Notes: a model not told the origin generated them from the letters alone. A DNA stretch of 64,000 nt from an uncultured Angelakisella sp. (GCA_910585525.1 CAJUFR010000006.1:4506-68505); one strand, 5' to 3'; positions 26,916-35,205 are shown, counted from the stretch's first letter. Numbers and translations are program-made.

Positions 26916-27641
26916 CTAGACAAGGGCCTCCACCTGGCAGCCCAGGTACTTCCAGCCTCCATCCGGCTCCAGCCGGACGGTGAGGGTGTGGGTGCGGTAG
27001 GGCTGGGTGCTGTTGACAAAGGTCAGCGTCACCGGGATGGTGAGGATGTCCTCCTCCTGGGAAAAACTGTAGCTGAGGGTGGATATCTCCCCGATGCCGC
27101 CCCCGGTGGAAAGGAAGTAGCCGGGGATGCTGCCGTCGTAATATTCCGGGTCCCCCCGCAGCACCTCGACGGTGGTGTCGAACCGGGACAGCACCGTTTC
27201 CTCCACCCACGCCGCCGGGAGGAACCGGTAGCCGAAGGGGCTTTCCCCCTTGTGGTCCTGGGCGTGGTGCTGCCCCTGGTCCGCAATTTTTTGCTCCTCC
27301 TCGGTCATAGGCAGGGTGTCCGCCCAGTAAAGGTAGTCCCCGGGGGTCAGGTCACCGGCCCCCCAGCTTTCCATCCGGTGGAAAAGGCTCTTTTTTCTGA
27401 CGGTGAGGACAGCGGGACCGTTGAGGGTGTCCTCGTAGGCGCCGTAGGCAAAGATCATCTCCCGCACCAGGGCGTCATCCGCCTGGGGAGTTTCCTCCGG
27501 CTCCGGGGGGCTTTCCGGCTGGCTCTCCACCAGGCCGCCCCCGGAGGCGGGGGTCTGGGAGGAGGGGGCGTCTTTATCGCCGCAGGCGGCGCAGGCCAGG
27601 AGGAGGGACAGGGTCAGGAGAACTGCAAAAAAGCGGCCCAT
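26916..27641 (-). CDS. lipoprotein, unknown function
   Basis: Track ORF trimmed to ATG at 27641 after AAGGGAG (MGRFFAVLLTLSLLLACAACG lipobox). Confidence 0.65.
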   Translation of the reverse strand: MGRFFAVLLTLSLLLACAACGDKDAPSSQTPASGGGLVESQPESPPEPEETPQADDALVREMIFAYGAYEDTLNGPAVLTVRKKSLFHRMESWGAGDLTPGDYLYWADTLPMTEEEQKIADQGQHHAQDHKGESPFGYRFLPAAWVEETVLSRFDTTVEVLRGDPEYYDGSIPGYFLSTGGGIGEISTLSYSFSQEEDILTIPVTLTFVNSTQPYRTHTLTVRLEPDGGWKYLGCQVEALV

Positions 27642-27667
27642 GACAGGTATCTCCCTTCTTGTTTTGA

Positions 27668-29044
27668 TCACATTTGGGCTTCGTCGCCGGTGTTCAGCGC
27701 CACTTCAAATTCCCAGGGGCCGTCGGTACCCACCTCCACCGTTACCGTCTTTTCGGTGTAGGGGTTGGAGAAGGAGGACTGGACCGAGAGGTTCCAGCGG
27801 CCCTCCGGCTCCTTGCCGAACACCCGCTCCACCGGGAACCGGGCCACGCCGTTCTGGTCGGTGTACCGCTGCTCGTTGCTGCCGGACTGCCCCATGGTGG
27901 GGATGACGCCATCGGCCCGGCGGGCCGCCGGGGTGACGGCCGGCTCCCGGAAGGCGGCGTCGGGGATCCCATCCCCCGGGGTATAGGCCATGGCCTCCCG
28001 GAACACCACCAGCTTATCCGGCAGGGGGGTGCCGTCCTGGTCCCGCACCGTCACCGAGACCATCTGGATGCCGCTCTCCTCCATCTCCCGGGGGGTCTGG
28101 CCCTCCCAGGTCACCGGCAGCACCTCCCCTTTGCCAAGGCTCTCCAGCACCGGCTGGGTCAGCGCCACCTTCTGGTGGGTGAAGGGGTACCCGTCCGTCT
28201 GGGTGTTCACCAGATACAGGTCGGCGGGGCTGTCCTCGTAGAGGTAGAAGGGAACCAGGCCACTGTTCCGGGAAAGGCCGTTGATCTTGCTGCCCCCTTC
28301 GGCCAGGTACTCGGTCCAGTTGCCCTCTGTAAAGCAGGTGACATTGGCCACCGGCTCCCCGTCCGGGCCGGTGAGGTAGAGGTACCGGTACTCCAGCCCG
28401 GTGGGGTTCGCCTTCTCCTCCTGCTCCCGGAACCAGGCCAGGTCGCTTTGGACCTCCCCGGGCAGCTGATCCGCCGGGACAGGGGCGGCTTCCCCGGTCT
28501 TTTCCGGGGGCGTTGCCGGGTCGGGCTGGGGGGCGGGCTCCTCCGGCTGGTACACAAAGTCAAAGGCCAGGTTGGCCGGCACCATCCCCCGCTCCCCCTC
28601 CTCGGCGGGGCGGGCGGCCACCGCCCGGAGGTTGTAGCAGGCCACCGCCTCCTCCACCGGCAGCGAGCCAGCCTGGTACCGGGCGGGGTCCACCTCCACA
28701 TCGCCGGGGGAGGTCACCGTAAAGACGTAGGTCTCCCCCACCGTCAGTTCCTGCGCCAGTTCCCCCACCGGCAGGGTAAAGGGGGGCAGCTGGAAGAGGG
28801 TGACCACCGCCACCCGGGGGGTGGTGTCATCCAGGCCGTAATCCGGCATCAGCCCCCGCACCGTGGCGGAGAAGGTGCCGCCCACCGTGGTCCGCACCGG
28901 CTGCTGCTGTTCCTCCAGCTGGGCCAGCCGGGCCGCCAGGGCGTCCCGCTCCGCAAGGAGGGCGTCGTAGTCCCCCTGGGGGACGCCGCAGGCGGACAGG
29001 ACCAGGACGCAGGCCGCCAGGGCCAGGGTCATCTTCTTTTTCAT
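27668..29044 (-). CDS. lipoprotein, unknown function (458 aa)
   Basis: Track ORF with MKKKMTLALAACVLVLSACG lipobox and AAGGAG SD. A coiled segment ALLAERDALAARLAQLEEQQ follows, then beta-rich domains. Confidence 0.7.
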   Translation of the reverse strand: MKKKMTLALAACVLVLSACGVPQGDYDALLAERDALAARLAQLEEQQQPVRTTVGGTFSATVRGLMPDYGLDDTTPRVAVVTLFQLPPFTLPVGELAQELTVGETYVFTVTSPGDVEVDPARYQAGSLPVEEAVACYNLRAVAARPAEEGERGMVPANLAFDFVYQPEEPAPQPDPATPPEKTGEAAPVPADQLPGEVQSDLAWFREQEEKANPTGLEYRYLYLTGPDGEPVANVTCFTEGNWTEYLAEGGSKINGLSRNSGLVPFYLYEDSPADLYLVNTQTDGYPFTHQKVALTQPVLESLGKGEVLPVTWEGQTPREMEESGIQMVSVTVRDQDGTPLPDKLVVFREAMAYTPGDGIPDAAFREPAVTPAARRADGVIPTMGQSGSNEQRYTDQNGVARFPVERVFGKEPEGRWNLSVQSSFSNPYTEKTVTVEVGTDGPWEFEVALNTGDEAQM

Positions 29045-29059
29045 CGTCGGTCTCCTTTC

Positions 29060-29662
29060 TCACCAGCCCCTGGCATAGATATCGTTCAGGGTGGTCCCTT
29101 CGCCATCGAAGATATAGCGGGCCTTCTCGGTGCCGAACTGCACCGTGAACCAGTTGCCGATGTATATTGCCTTGAACAGAACATTTTCCTCCCCGTCGTA
29201 GGCGACGACGGTGCAGCCGCCGCCAGTGACGGGGTTTTCCCTGTGATCCGGGGGATACAGTTCCAGGGCGGCCCCCCGCAGGGCGTCCAATATCTCCTGT
29301 TCCTGCTCCACCGAAAGGTCCTTTTCCTCCTGGTGCATGTCGTTAAAGTCCATCCGCACCACCGGCGCTGTGGCGATGAGGTCGTTCCAGCGGTCCAATT
29401 CCGCCTGGGTGGCCAGCTGGTCATCGCCAGGCCCGCCGGCGAAACCCAGCCGCTGGTCCCCCAGCGCCAGTATCTTCCCCGGCTGGAGGTCCGGCAGGGG
29501 GACAGGGTCCGGCTGGGGGTCTGGCTCCTCCGGCGGGGGCGTCTCCACCGGGGCGGAGGCGGGCGGGGCGCTGCTCTCCGGGGGCAGCGGTTCCTTCCCT
29601 TTGCAGGCGGACAGGGAAAGCAGCAGCAGGACAGCCCAGAGGGCCGCAAGGAAACGTTTCAT
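29060..29662 (-). CDS. lipoprotein, unknown function
   Basis: Track ORF trimmed to ATG at 29662 after GGAAAGGAG (MKRFLAALWAVLLLLSLSACKG lipobox, Pro/Glu-rich linker). Confidence 0.65.
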   Translation of the reverse strand: MKRFLAALWAVLLLLSLSACKGKEPLPPESSAPPASAPVETPPPEEPDPQPDPVPLPDLQPGKILALGDQRLGFAGGPGDDQLATQAELDRWNDLIATAPVVRMDFNDMHQEEKDLSVEQEQEILDALRGAALELYPPDHRENPVTGGGCTVVAYDGEENVLFKAIYIGNWFTVQFGTEKARYIFDGEGTTLNDIYARGW

Positions 29663-29716
29663 CGTCGGAACACTCCTTTCCACAACACATGACATTTTTC
29701 GACCAAGGGCGGCCAT

Positions 29717-29745
29717 CAAAAAACGCGCCCTGCGAAGGACGCGCG
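29717..29745 (-). terminator. intrinsic terminator inside the leader of the lipoprotein operon
   Basis: Minus strand reads CGCGUCCU-ucgc-AGGGCGCG followed by UUUUUU, about 55 nt upstream of the lipoprotein start codon. Confidence 0.7.
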
Positions 29746-29765
29746 AAAAAGCGTTTCCCTCATTG

Positions 29766-29875
29766 TTGCCACACAATCTCATTCCATCACGGGTACGAGT
29801 AAAGAGAGAAAACACCTTTTACCAAAAGTATTTCCCCGTGACAGAAATATAAAATTGTGTGGCAAGGCTATTGTA
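29766..29875 (-). promoter_or_regulatory. extended -10 promoter and nested-helix leader element (riboswitch-like candidate)
   Basis: Minus strand has TGgTACAAT at 29878-29870. A 12-bp outer helix (TTGCCACACAAT 29766-29777 with ATTGTGTGGCAA 29854-29865) encloses a 7-bp helix (TCACGGG 29787-29793 with CCCGTGA 29835-29841). Confidence 0.45.
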
Positions 29876-29986
29876 CCATCTTTGAGGATAAAATAAAACC
29901 ATTCCTGGACTTTTTTTGCTCTTTTTATGACGAAAGGGCCTTCCCGGGCCGCTCCTCTTGGGGAATCGCCGGGAAAGCCCTGGTCT

Positions 29987-31189
29987 TTAGTAGTGACAGC
30001 CGCCGTGGCGGGAGGACTGATGGTGCCCGCCGTAGCTGCTGCACCCGTGGTGGAGCACGGCGCCGTCGTACAGGCCGATCTGGTACTGGTACAGGGAGGG
30101 ACCGGTGGTGAACTCCACCCGGTAGCAGTGGGGGTAGCCGTCGTCGTAGTCCATCCAGCATCGGTAATCGCTGGCGGCGGCCTGGGTGAGGCCGGCGTGG
30201 GCCAGGGCCACCTCCCCGGCGGCGGTCTCCCCAATGTAGGCGGTGCCGGTGGCGTTGGGGGCGGAACGCTCCTCCTTCTTGTACTCCAGGACGCTGCCGG
30301 TGGCACCGTCGATGGTGTAGTCATACTCGGTGCTGCCGTTCCAGAACTCCACCTCGTACTCCAGGCGGCCGTTCTCCCAGTCCTGCTCCACCTTCATCCC
30401 GGTGGCCAGCTGGGCGGACACCCCGGCGTGGGTGAGGGCGGCGGTCTTGGCCCCCTCGGTGCCGATATCCCCATTGGCCGGGGCGGACTGGGCAGGGGGA
30501 GCGGCGGGGGTGGCGGGTCCGCCGTGGTTCTCCTGGTCATACTCCAGGACGCCGCCGGTGGAGCCGTCGATGGTGTAGTCATACTCCACGTTTCCGCTCC
30601 AGAACTCCACCTCGTACTCCATCCGGCCATCCTCCCAGTCGCCCTCCACCCGCATGTTGGTGACAACGCTGGCGGAAAGCCCGGCGTGGGCCAGGGCGGC
30701 GGACTTGGCCCCCTCGGCGCCGATATCCTGCTTGCCGGGGGCGGGGGTGACATGGTTTTCCTGCTGGCATTTCAGCACGTCGCCGGTGGTCCCGTCGATG
30801 GTGTAGTCGTACTCCACGGTACCGTTCCAGAACTCCACCTCGTACTCCATCCGGCCGTTCTCCCACTCCTGTTCCACCTTCATCCCGGCGGCGTCCTGGG
30901 CGGACACCCCGGCGTGGGCCAGGGCGAAGGTCTTCGCGCCCTCAACACCGATGTCCCCGCCGGCAGGCTCCTGCGACTGGCTGGGGACAGGGGTAGCGGC
31001 GGGAGCCGGCTCCGGGGCGCTACTGGATACCGGGGCGCTGCTGGGGGCCGGGGCGCTGGCCGGAAGACTGACATTGGTATCCGGCGGGGCAGGGGCAGGG
31101 GCGGTCTGCCGGGCAAAGACGGTACCGCCGATGGCGCCTACAGCGAGGCACCCGGCGGCGACGGCGATCCATGGTTTGGGCATTAGCAT
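29987..31189 (-). CDS. membrane-anchored protein with four tandem PepSY domains and a His/Cys-rich C-terminal tail
   Basis: Track ORF of 400 aa with an N-terminal TM segment and an Ala/Pro/Ser linker. Four repeats fit IG.EGAK..AL.HAG......M.VE.DWE.GR.EYEVEFW.G..EYDYTIDG.TG.VL. The tail reads HHGCSSYGGHHQSSRHGGCHY. Confidence 0.8.
   Translation of the reverse strand: MLMPKPWIAVAAGCLAVGAIGGTVFARQTAPAPAPPDTNVSLPASAPAPSSAPVSSSAPEPAPAATPVPSQSQEPAGGDIGVEGAKTFALAHAGVSAQDAAGMKVEQEWENGRMEYEVEFWNGTVEYDYTIDGTTGDVLKCQQENHVTPAPGKQDIGAEGAKSAALAHAGLSASVVTNMRVEGDWEDGRMEYEVEFWSGNVEYDYTIDGSTGGVLEYDQENHGGPATPAAPPAQSAPANGDIGTEGAKTAALTHAGVSAQLATGMKVEQDWENGRLEYEVEFWNGSTEYDYTIDGATGSVLEYKKEERSAPNATGTAYIGETAAGEVALAHAGLTQAAASDYRCWMDYDDGYPHCYRVEFTTGPSLYQYQIGLYDGAVLHHGCSSYGGHHQSSRHGGCHY
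30308..30956. repeat. three ~163-bp near-identical coding repeats (PepSY modules)
   Basis: Units at 30308-30470, 30566-30728 and 30794-30956 share long identical runs such as GTCGATGGTGTAGTC.TACTC and CCAGAACTCCACCTCGTACTCCA. Confidence 0.85.
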
Positions 31190-31194
31190 GGGGT

Positions 31195-31656
31195 TCAGTT
31201 CTCCTTTCTCTGTGGCAGCGGGATCTCCGGCATCAACTCCTGAGAAATGACCTGGAGCATCTCCTCCAGCTTGGCGATATCCTCCGGCGGGAAGCGGTGT
31301 CGTGCCCGCTCCACCACCAGTCTTACATAATCATACGAGATACCATAGTAGTCCATGTACTTTTCGGTGACTGCCAGGTGGTACTCCCGTTTATCCTGGG
31401 TGCTGCGCTCCTTGGTGATATAGCCCTTTTTGATGAGACTGGCCACCTTATAGGCGGCGTTGGCCTGGCTGATCTGGACAAAATGGGCGAATTGGTTGAT
31501 GGTGGGGTGGTCCAGGGCGTAGATGACCTCCATACAGAAGGTCTCCACCGCTGTCAGGGTGGCCTCCCGCTCCTCGAACCGGTTGAAGATGCGGCGGTAA
31601 AGGTTCAGCTTGAATTTTGTGTATACCTGGTTAAAGGCTCGTTCCAGCACAGTCAT
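31195..31656 (-). CDS. MarR-family transcriptional regulator
   Basis: Track ORF of 153 aa with a winged-helix region (INQFAHFVQISQANAAYKVASLIKKGYITKERSTQDKREYHL). It lies 5 nt upstream of the PepSY gene. Confidence 0.8.
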   Translation of the reverse strand: MTVLERAFNQVYTKFKLNLYRRIFNRFEEREATLTAVETFCMEVIYALDHPTINQFAHFVQISQANAAYKVASLIKKGYITKERSTQDKREYHLAVTEKYMDYYGISYDYVRLVVERARHRFPPEDIAKLEEMLQVISQELMPEIPLPQRKEN

Positions 31657-31718
31657 TCCCCCCTTGTGCTATTCCATTATACACCCTTCCTTCGGATTTT
31701 TCCAGTCCCTATGGGGTA

Positions 31719-31755
31719 CAGCAGGACCCTGCGTGGATCACGCAGGGTCCTGCTG
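31719..31755. repeat. perfect 17-bp-stem palindrome
   Basis: CAGCAGGACCCTGCGTG-gat-CACGCAGGGTCCTGCTG has no U-run on either strand after the stem. It sits just upstream of the MarR promoter. Confidence 0.8.
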
Positions 31756-32037
31756 CAAAGAAAAGAAAGAAAGTAAAACACGACGGGGTGGATGAGGGGT
31801 ATCCACCCTGATGCCGTATCTTTATTATATCTCTGAAAAACAAGAAGTTCAATCGTCAGAATGTGCGATTCGATATTATTTTAACGATATATTTTAGGGA
31901 AATTCACCACATCTCCCAGGAAATGGTAAAAAATTAGGGAAACTTCATTCCCCCTGTGACCTTTTCCAAAACCACCCCCGCCCGGGCGGAAAATTCTGTG
32001 CTTTCCCGAAAAAAGCGTCCTTCCGGCCCTTTCCCAC

Positions 32038-32066
32038 TTGACATTTCCCCGGCACGGCATTAGATT
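32038..32066 (+). promoter_or_regulatory. sigma-A type promoter of the MATE gene
   Basis: TTGACA-17 nt-TAGATT. Confidence 0.55.
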
Positions 32067-32120
32067 TATCCTTTGAGAAATACCCGAAGGACTTGTTTTT
32101 CACCAAAGGAGTGGTTTGCT

Positions 32121-33485
32121 TTGGTAAAGGATATGACCCGCGGGAGGCCGCTGTCGGTGATCCTCCTTTTCTTCGCCCCGCTGGTGCTGGGCAACCTGTT
32201 CCAACAGCTGTACAGCATGGCGGACACCCTTATCGTGGGGCGGTTCGTGGGGGTGGGGGCGCTGGCCGGGGTGGGCTCCACCGGCTCCCTCAGCTTCCTG
32301 GTGCTGGGGTTCGTCAGCGGGGTGTGCAGCGGCTACTCCATCCCGGTGGCCCAATACTTCGGGGCGGGGAACCACCAGCGGATGCGCCGCTGCGTGGGCA
32401 ACGCCGTCCTCCAGGGGGCGGTGATCGCCTCCCTGCTCACCACCGTCACGGTGGCCGGCGCCCGCCAGGTCCTCACCTGGATGGACACCCCGCCGGACAT
32501 CCTGGAGGACGCCTATCTTTATATCGTCATCGTCTTTGGCGGCATCCCGGCCACCATGCTTTACAACTTCCTTTCCGGCGTCCTCCGGGCGCTGGGGGAC
32601 AGCCGGACCCCCCTCTTTTTCCTGGTGGCGGCGGCCATCCTCAACGTGGTGCTGGACCTGGTGTTCATCCTCTGCTGCGGGATGGGGGTGGCGGGGGCGG
32701 CCTGGGCCACCATCCTCTCCCAGGGGGTGTCGGGGCTGCTCTGCCTGGTGTACATCTGGAAAAAGGTCCCCCTCCTCCACCTGGGCCGGGAGGACTTGGG
32801 CTGGGACAGGGAGGAGCAGCGGCGGCTGGCGCTGATGGGCATCCCCATGGCCCTCCAGTTCTCCATCACCGCCGTGGGCACCATCATCATCCAGGCGGCG
32901 GTAAACGCCCTGGGCAGCGGGGTGGTGGCCGCCGTCACCGCCGGGACCAAGGTCCAGAACCTGCTGATGAGCCCCCTGGAGACCATGGGCATCACCATGG
33001 CCACCTACTGCGGCCAGAACCTGGGGGCGGAGCGGGTGGACCGGGTGCGGGCGGGGCTGCGGGCCAGCATGAAGGTCTGCTTTTTGTACTGCGCCCTGGC
33101 CTGTCTGGTCTCCTGCCTGTGGGGCGGGCCCTTCTCCCGGCTGTTCCTCACCGGTGAGGACACCGGCGTCATGGTGGCCCAGGCCGCCCGGTTCCTGGCG
33201 GTGAACGGCATCTTCTGCCCCAGCCTGGGGCTGCTGCTGGTGCTGCGCAACTCCATCCAGGGGCTGGGCTTCGGCCTCCCTGCCATGATGGCCGGGGTGT
33301 TCGAGTTGGTGGCCCGGTCGGCGGTGGCCTTCTGCCTGGTGGGGCCGCTGGGGTACCTGGCCATCTGCCTTGCCAACCCCGCCGCCTGGCTGGCCGCCGA
33401 CGCCCTGCTGGCGGCGGTCTGGTTCCGGGAACTGCCGGGGCTGCTGCGCCGGTATCCGGTGGACCCGGGACGGCCCTTGTATTGA
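32121..33485 (+). CDS. MATE family efflux transporter
   Basis: Track ORF 32073..33485. I prefer TTG at 32121, 9 nt after AAGGAG, though ATG at 32133 is possible. GNLFQQLYSMADTLIVGRFVG is the typical MATE N-terminus, with 12 TM-like segments. Confidence 0.85.
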   Translation: MVKDMTRGRPLSVILLFFAPLVLGNLFQQLYSMADTLIVGRFVGVGALAGVGSTGSLSFLVLGFVSGVCSGYSIPVAQYFGAGNHQRMRRCVGNAVLQGAVIASLLTTVTVAGARQVLTWMDTPPDILEDAYLYIVIVFGGIPATMLYNFLSGVLRALGDSRTPLFFLVAAAILNVVLDLVFILCCGMGVAGAAWATILSQGVSGLLCLVYIWKKVPLLHLGREDLGWDREEQRRLALMGIPMALQFSITAVGTIIIQAAVNALGSGVVAAVTAGTKVQNLLMSPLETMGITMATYCGQNLGAERVDRVRAGLRASMKVCFLYCALACLVSCLWGGPFSRLFLTGEDTGVMVAQAARFLAVNGIFCPSLGLLLVLRNSIQGLGFGLPAMMAGVFELVARSAVAFCLVGPLGYLAICLANPAAWLAADALLAAVWFRELPGLLRRYPVDPGRPLY

Positions 33486-33488
33486 CGG

Positions 33489-33532
33489 AAAGACCGCCTC
33501 CCGGGGGGATCCCTCCGGGAGGCGGTCTTTTT
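33489..33532. terminator. bidirectional intrinsic terminator
   Basis: AAAGACCGCCTCCCGG...CCGGGAGGCGGTCTTTTT. Confidence 0.8.
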
Positions 33533-33555
33533 GTGCCTGATGTTTCCCTCGCTGT

Positions 33556-34125
33556 CTAGCGGCCGTACGGCTCCTTCACTGTCAGGGTGATATTTGCGGC
33601 CATCCAGCCGGCCTCGGTCTCCTTCATGGTGATGGTCCCCGTGGCGGTGGCTGTTTCCTTGCCGTCGGGGGTCTTTAGAGTGACGGAAAAGGTGTAGACC
33701 TCCTTTTCTCCCTCCTGCTTGGAAAGTTCCAGGGGGTCGGGCTTGATGTCCGCCTGGTGCTTCTGGAACAGGTCGTAGCTTCGGGTGACGTCGCGGTTGG
33801 CGATGGCGGCCTGGATGCAGTCATCGGTCATCAGCCCGCCGAACCGCCCGGTGAAATGGTCCAGGAGGGCGGTGCCGCCCTGCGCCATCCCCGGTTCCCC
33901 GTCCGCAACTTCCATAGCCGCTTCCATCTCCTCCATCATCCGCAGCATTGCGGCGTCGATCTCCTCCGCCTGCTGGGCGGTGCAGGTGAGCAGCTCCTCC
34001 AGGGCCAGCCGGGCCTGCTGCTCCGAGGCGTCCTCTTTTTTGGAGCATCCCACAGCAAAGAGCGCCAGAGCCATCGCCAGCATAAGCGAAACAGCTGTAA
34101 AATAACAGTCCCTTTTCCCTAGCAT
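33556..34125 (-). CDS. lipoprotein, unknown function
   Basis: Track ORF of 189 aa with lipobox LALFAVGCSKK. Confidence 0.6.
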   Translation of the reverse strand: MLGKRDCYFTAVSLMLAMALALFAVGCSKKEDASEQQARLALEELLTCTAQQAEEIDAAMLRMMEEMEAAMEVADGEPGMAQGGTALLDHFTGRFGGLMTDDCIQAAIANRDVTRSYDLFQKHQADIKPDPLELSKQEGEKEVYTFSVTLKTPDGKETATATGTITMKETEAGWMAANITLTVKEPYGR

Positions 34126-34234
34126 CCGTTTCTCCCTCCTGTCATCTTGAGACTATATATCTATCCTTAAATTTATACTAACAGATAATTGCCAACAAGT
34201 AAATTGATAGATTTTATATATATTGTTCAAAATC

Positions 34235-34253
34235 ATTGTGAAAATTTCACAAT
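34235..34253. promoter_or_regulatory. 19-bp perfect palindrome with TGTGA/TCACA half-sites
   Basis: ATTGTGAAA-A-TTTCACAAT in an AT-rich intergenic region. The half-sites look like CRP/FNR or Rex operators but are spaced by 5 nt rather than the canonical 6. Confidence 0.5.
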
Positions 34254-34386
34254 AAATGGCTAAAACAATAGATTTTATGTTGAATATTGTATATCCATCG
34301 TAAATAACACCCCTGGCCCTTGTATGAAAGCCCCCAATATGCTAAACTTAGCAAAGAAACCGCTATCCCAAGGAGGTCCCACGACC

Positions 34387-35205
34387 ATGGAAAAGCCCCT
34401 GGTGAGCATCGTCATCCCCATCTACAACGCCGCCCCCCACCTGGCCGCCTGCATCGAGAGCGTCCGCAAGCAGACCTATGATGACCTGGAGATCCTGCTG
34501 GTCAACGACGGCAGCGACGACGTCAGCCTGCCCATCTGCCGGATGTACGCCCAGGTGGACCCCCGCATCCGGGTCATCGACAAGGAGAACAGCGGGGTGT
34601 CCGCCACCCGCAACATCGCCATCGACCAGGCCGCCGGGGAATTCCTGCAATTCGTGGACGCCGACGACCGGGTCGCCCTGGAGGCCACCCAGCTGCTGGT
34701 GGAGCGGGCCCAGCGGACCCAGGCGGACATGGTCATCTGCCACTACTACCGGGTGGTGGGCAAAAAGAGGAAAAGCGTCCACGGCTTTTTGGAGACCGAC
34801 AAGGTGCTGACCCAGCGGGAGTTCGCCACCCACCTGATGGAGGAGCCTTGCAGCTTCTACTACGGGGTGATGTGGAACAAGCTGTACCGCACCAACATCA
34901 TCCGGGAGCGGAACATCCGGTGCAGCGAGGAGTTGGGCTGGAGCGAGGACTTTCTCTTTAACCTGGAGTACATCCGCTACTGCCAGCGATTCGCCTCCAT
35001 CCAGCTGCCCCTTTACTATTACTACAAGACCAAGAACAGCATCACCGCCACCAGCTTCGGCATCACCAAGCTGCCCCGGACCATCGAGACCAAGCTGGAC
35101 CTCTTCGAGTTCTACAAGGCGCTGTATATCGAGATGGGATTATACGAACAGTATAAATTGCAGATCCACAAATACCTCTTCGACATCGCCACCGACAACG
35201 ACTGA
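34387..35205 (+). CDS. family 2 glycosyltransferase
   Basis: Track ORF trimmed to ATG at 34387 after AAGGAGG (MEKPLVSIVIPIYNAAPHLAACIESV..). NDGSDD and VDADD motifs are present. Confidence 0.85.
   Translation: MEKPLVSIVIPIYNAAPHLAACIESVRKQTYDDLEILLVNDGSDDVSLPICRMYAQVDPRIRVIDKENSGVSATRNIAIDQAAGEFLQFVDADDRVALEATQLLVERAQRTQADMVICHYYRVVGKKRKSVHGFLETDKVLTQREFATHLMEEPCSFYYGVMWNKLYRTNIIRERNIRCSEELGWSEDFLFNLEYIRYCQRFASIQLPLYYYYKTKNSITATSFGITKLPRTIETKLDLFEFYKALYIEMGLYEQYKLQIHKYLFDIATDND

Noticed and set aside
30308-30956. Regularly spaced ~163-bp repeats, considered as a CRISPR array or minisatellite
   Set aside because: The repeats are in frame inside a 400-aa ORF and encode PepSY domains. The repeat length and the 228-258-bp spacing do not fit a CRISPR array, and no cas genes are present.
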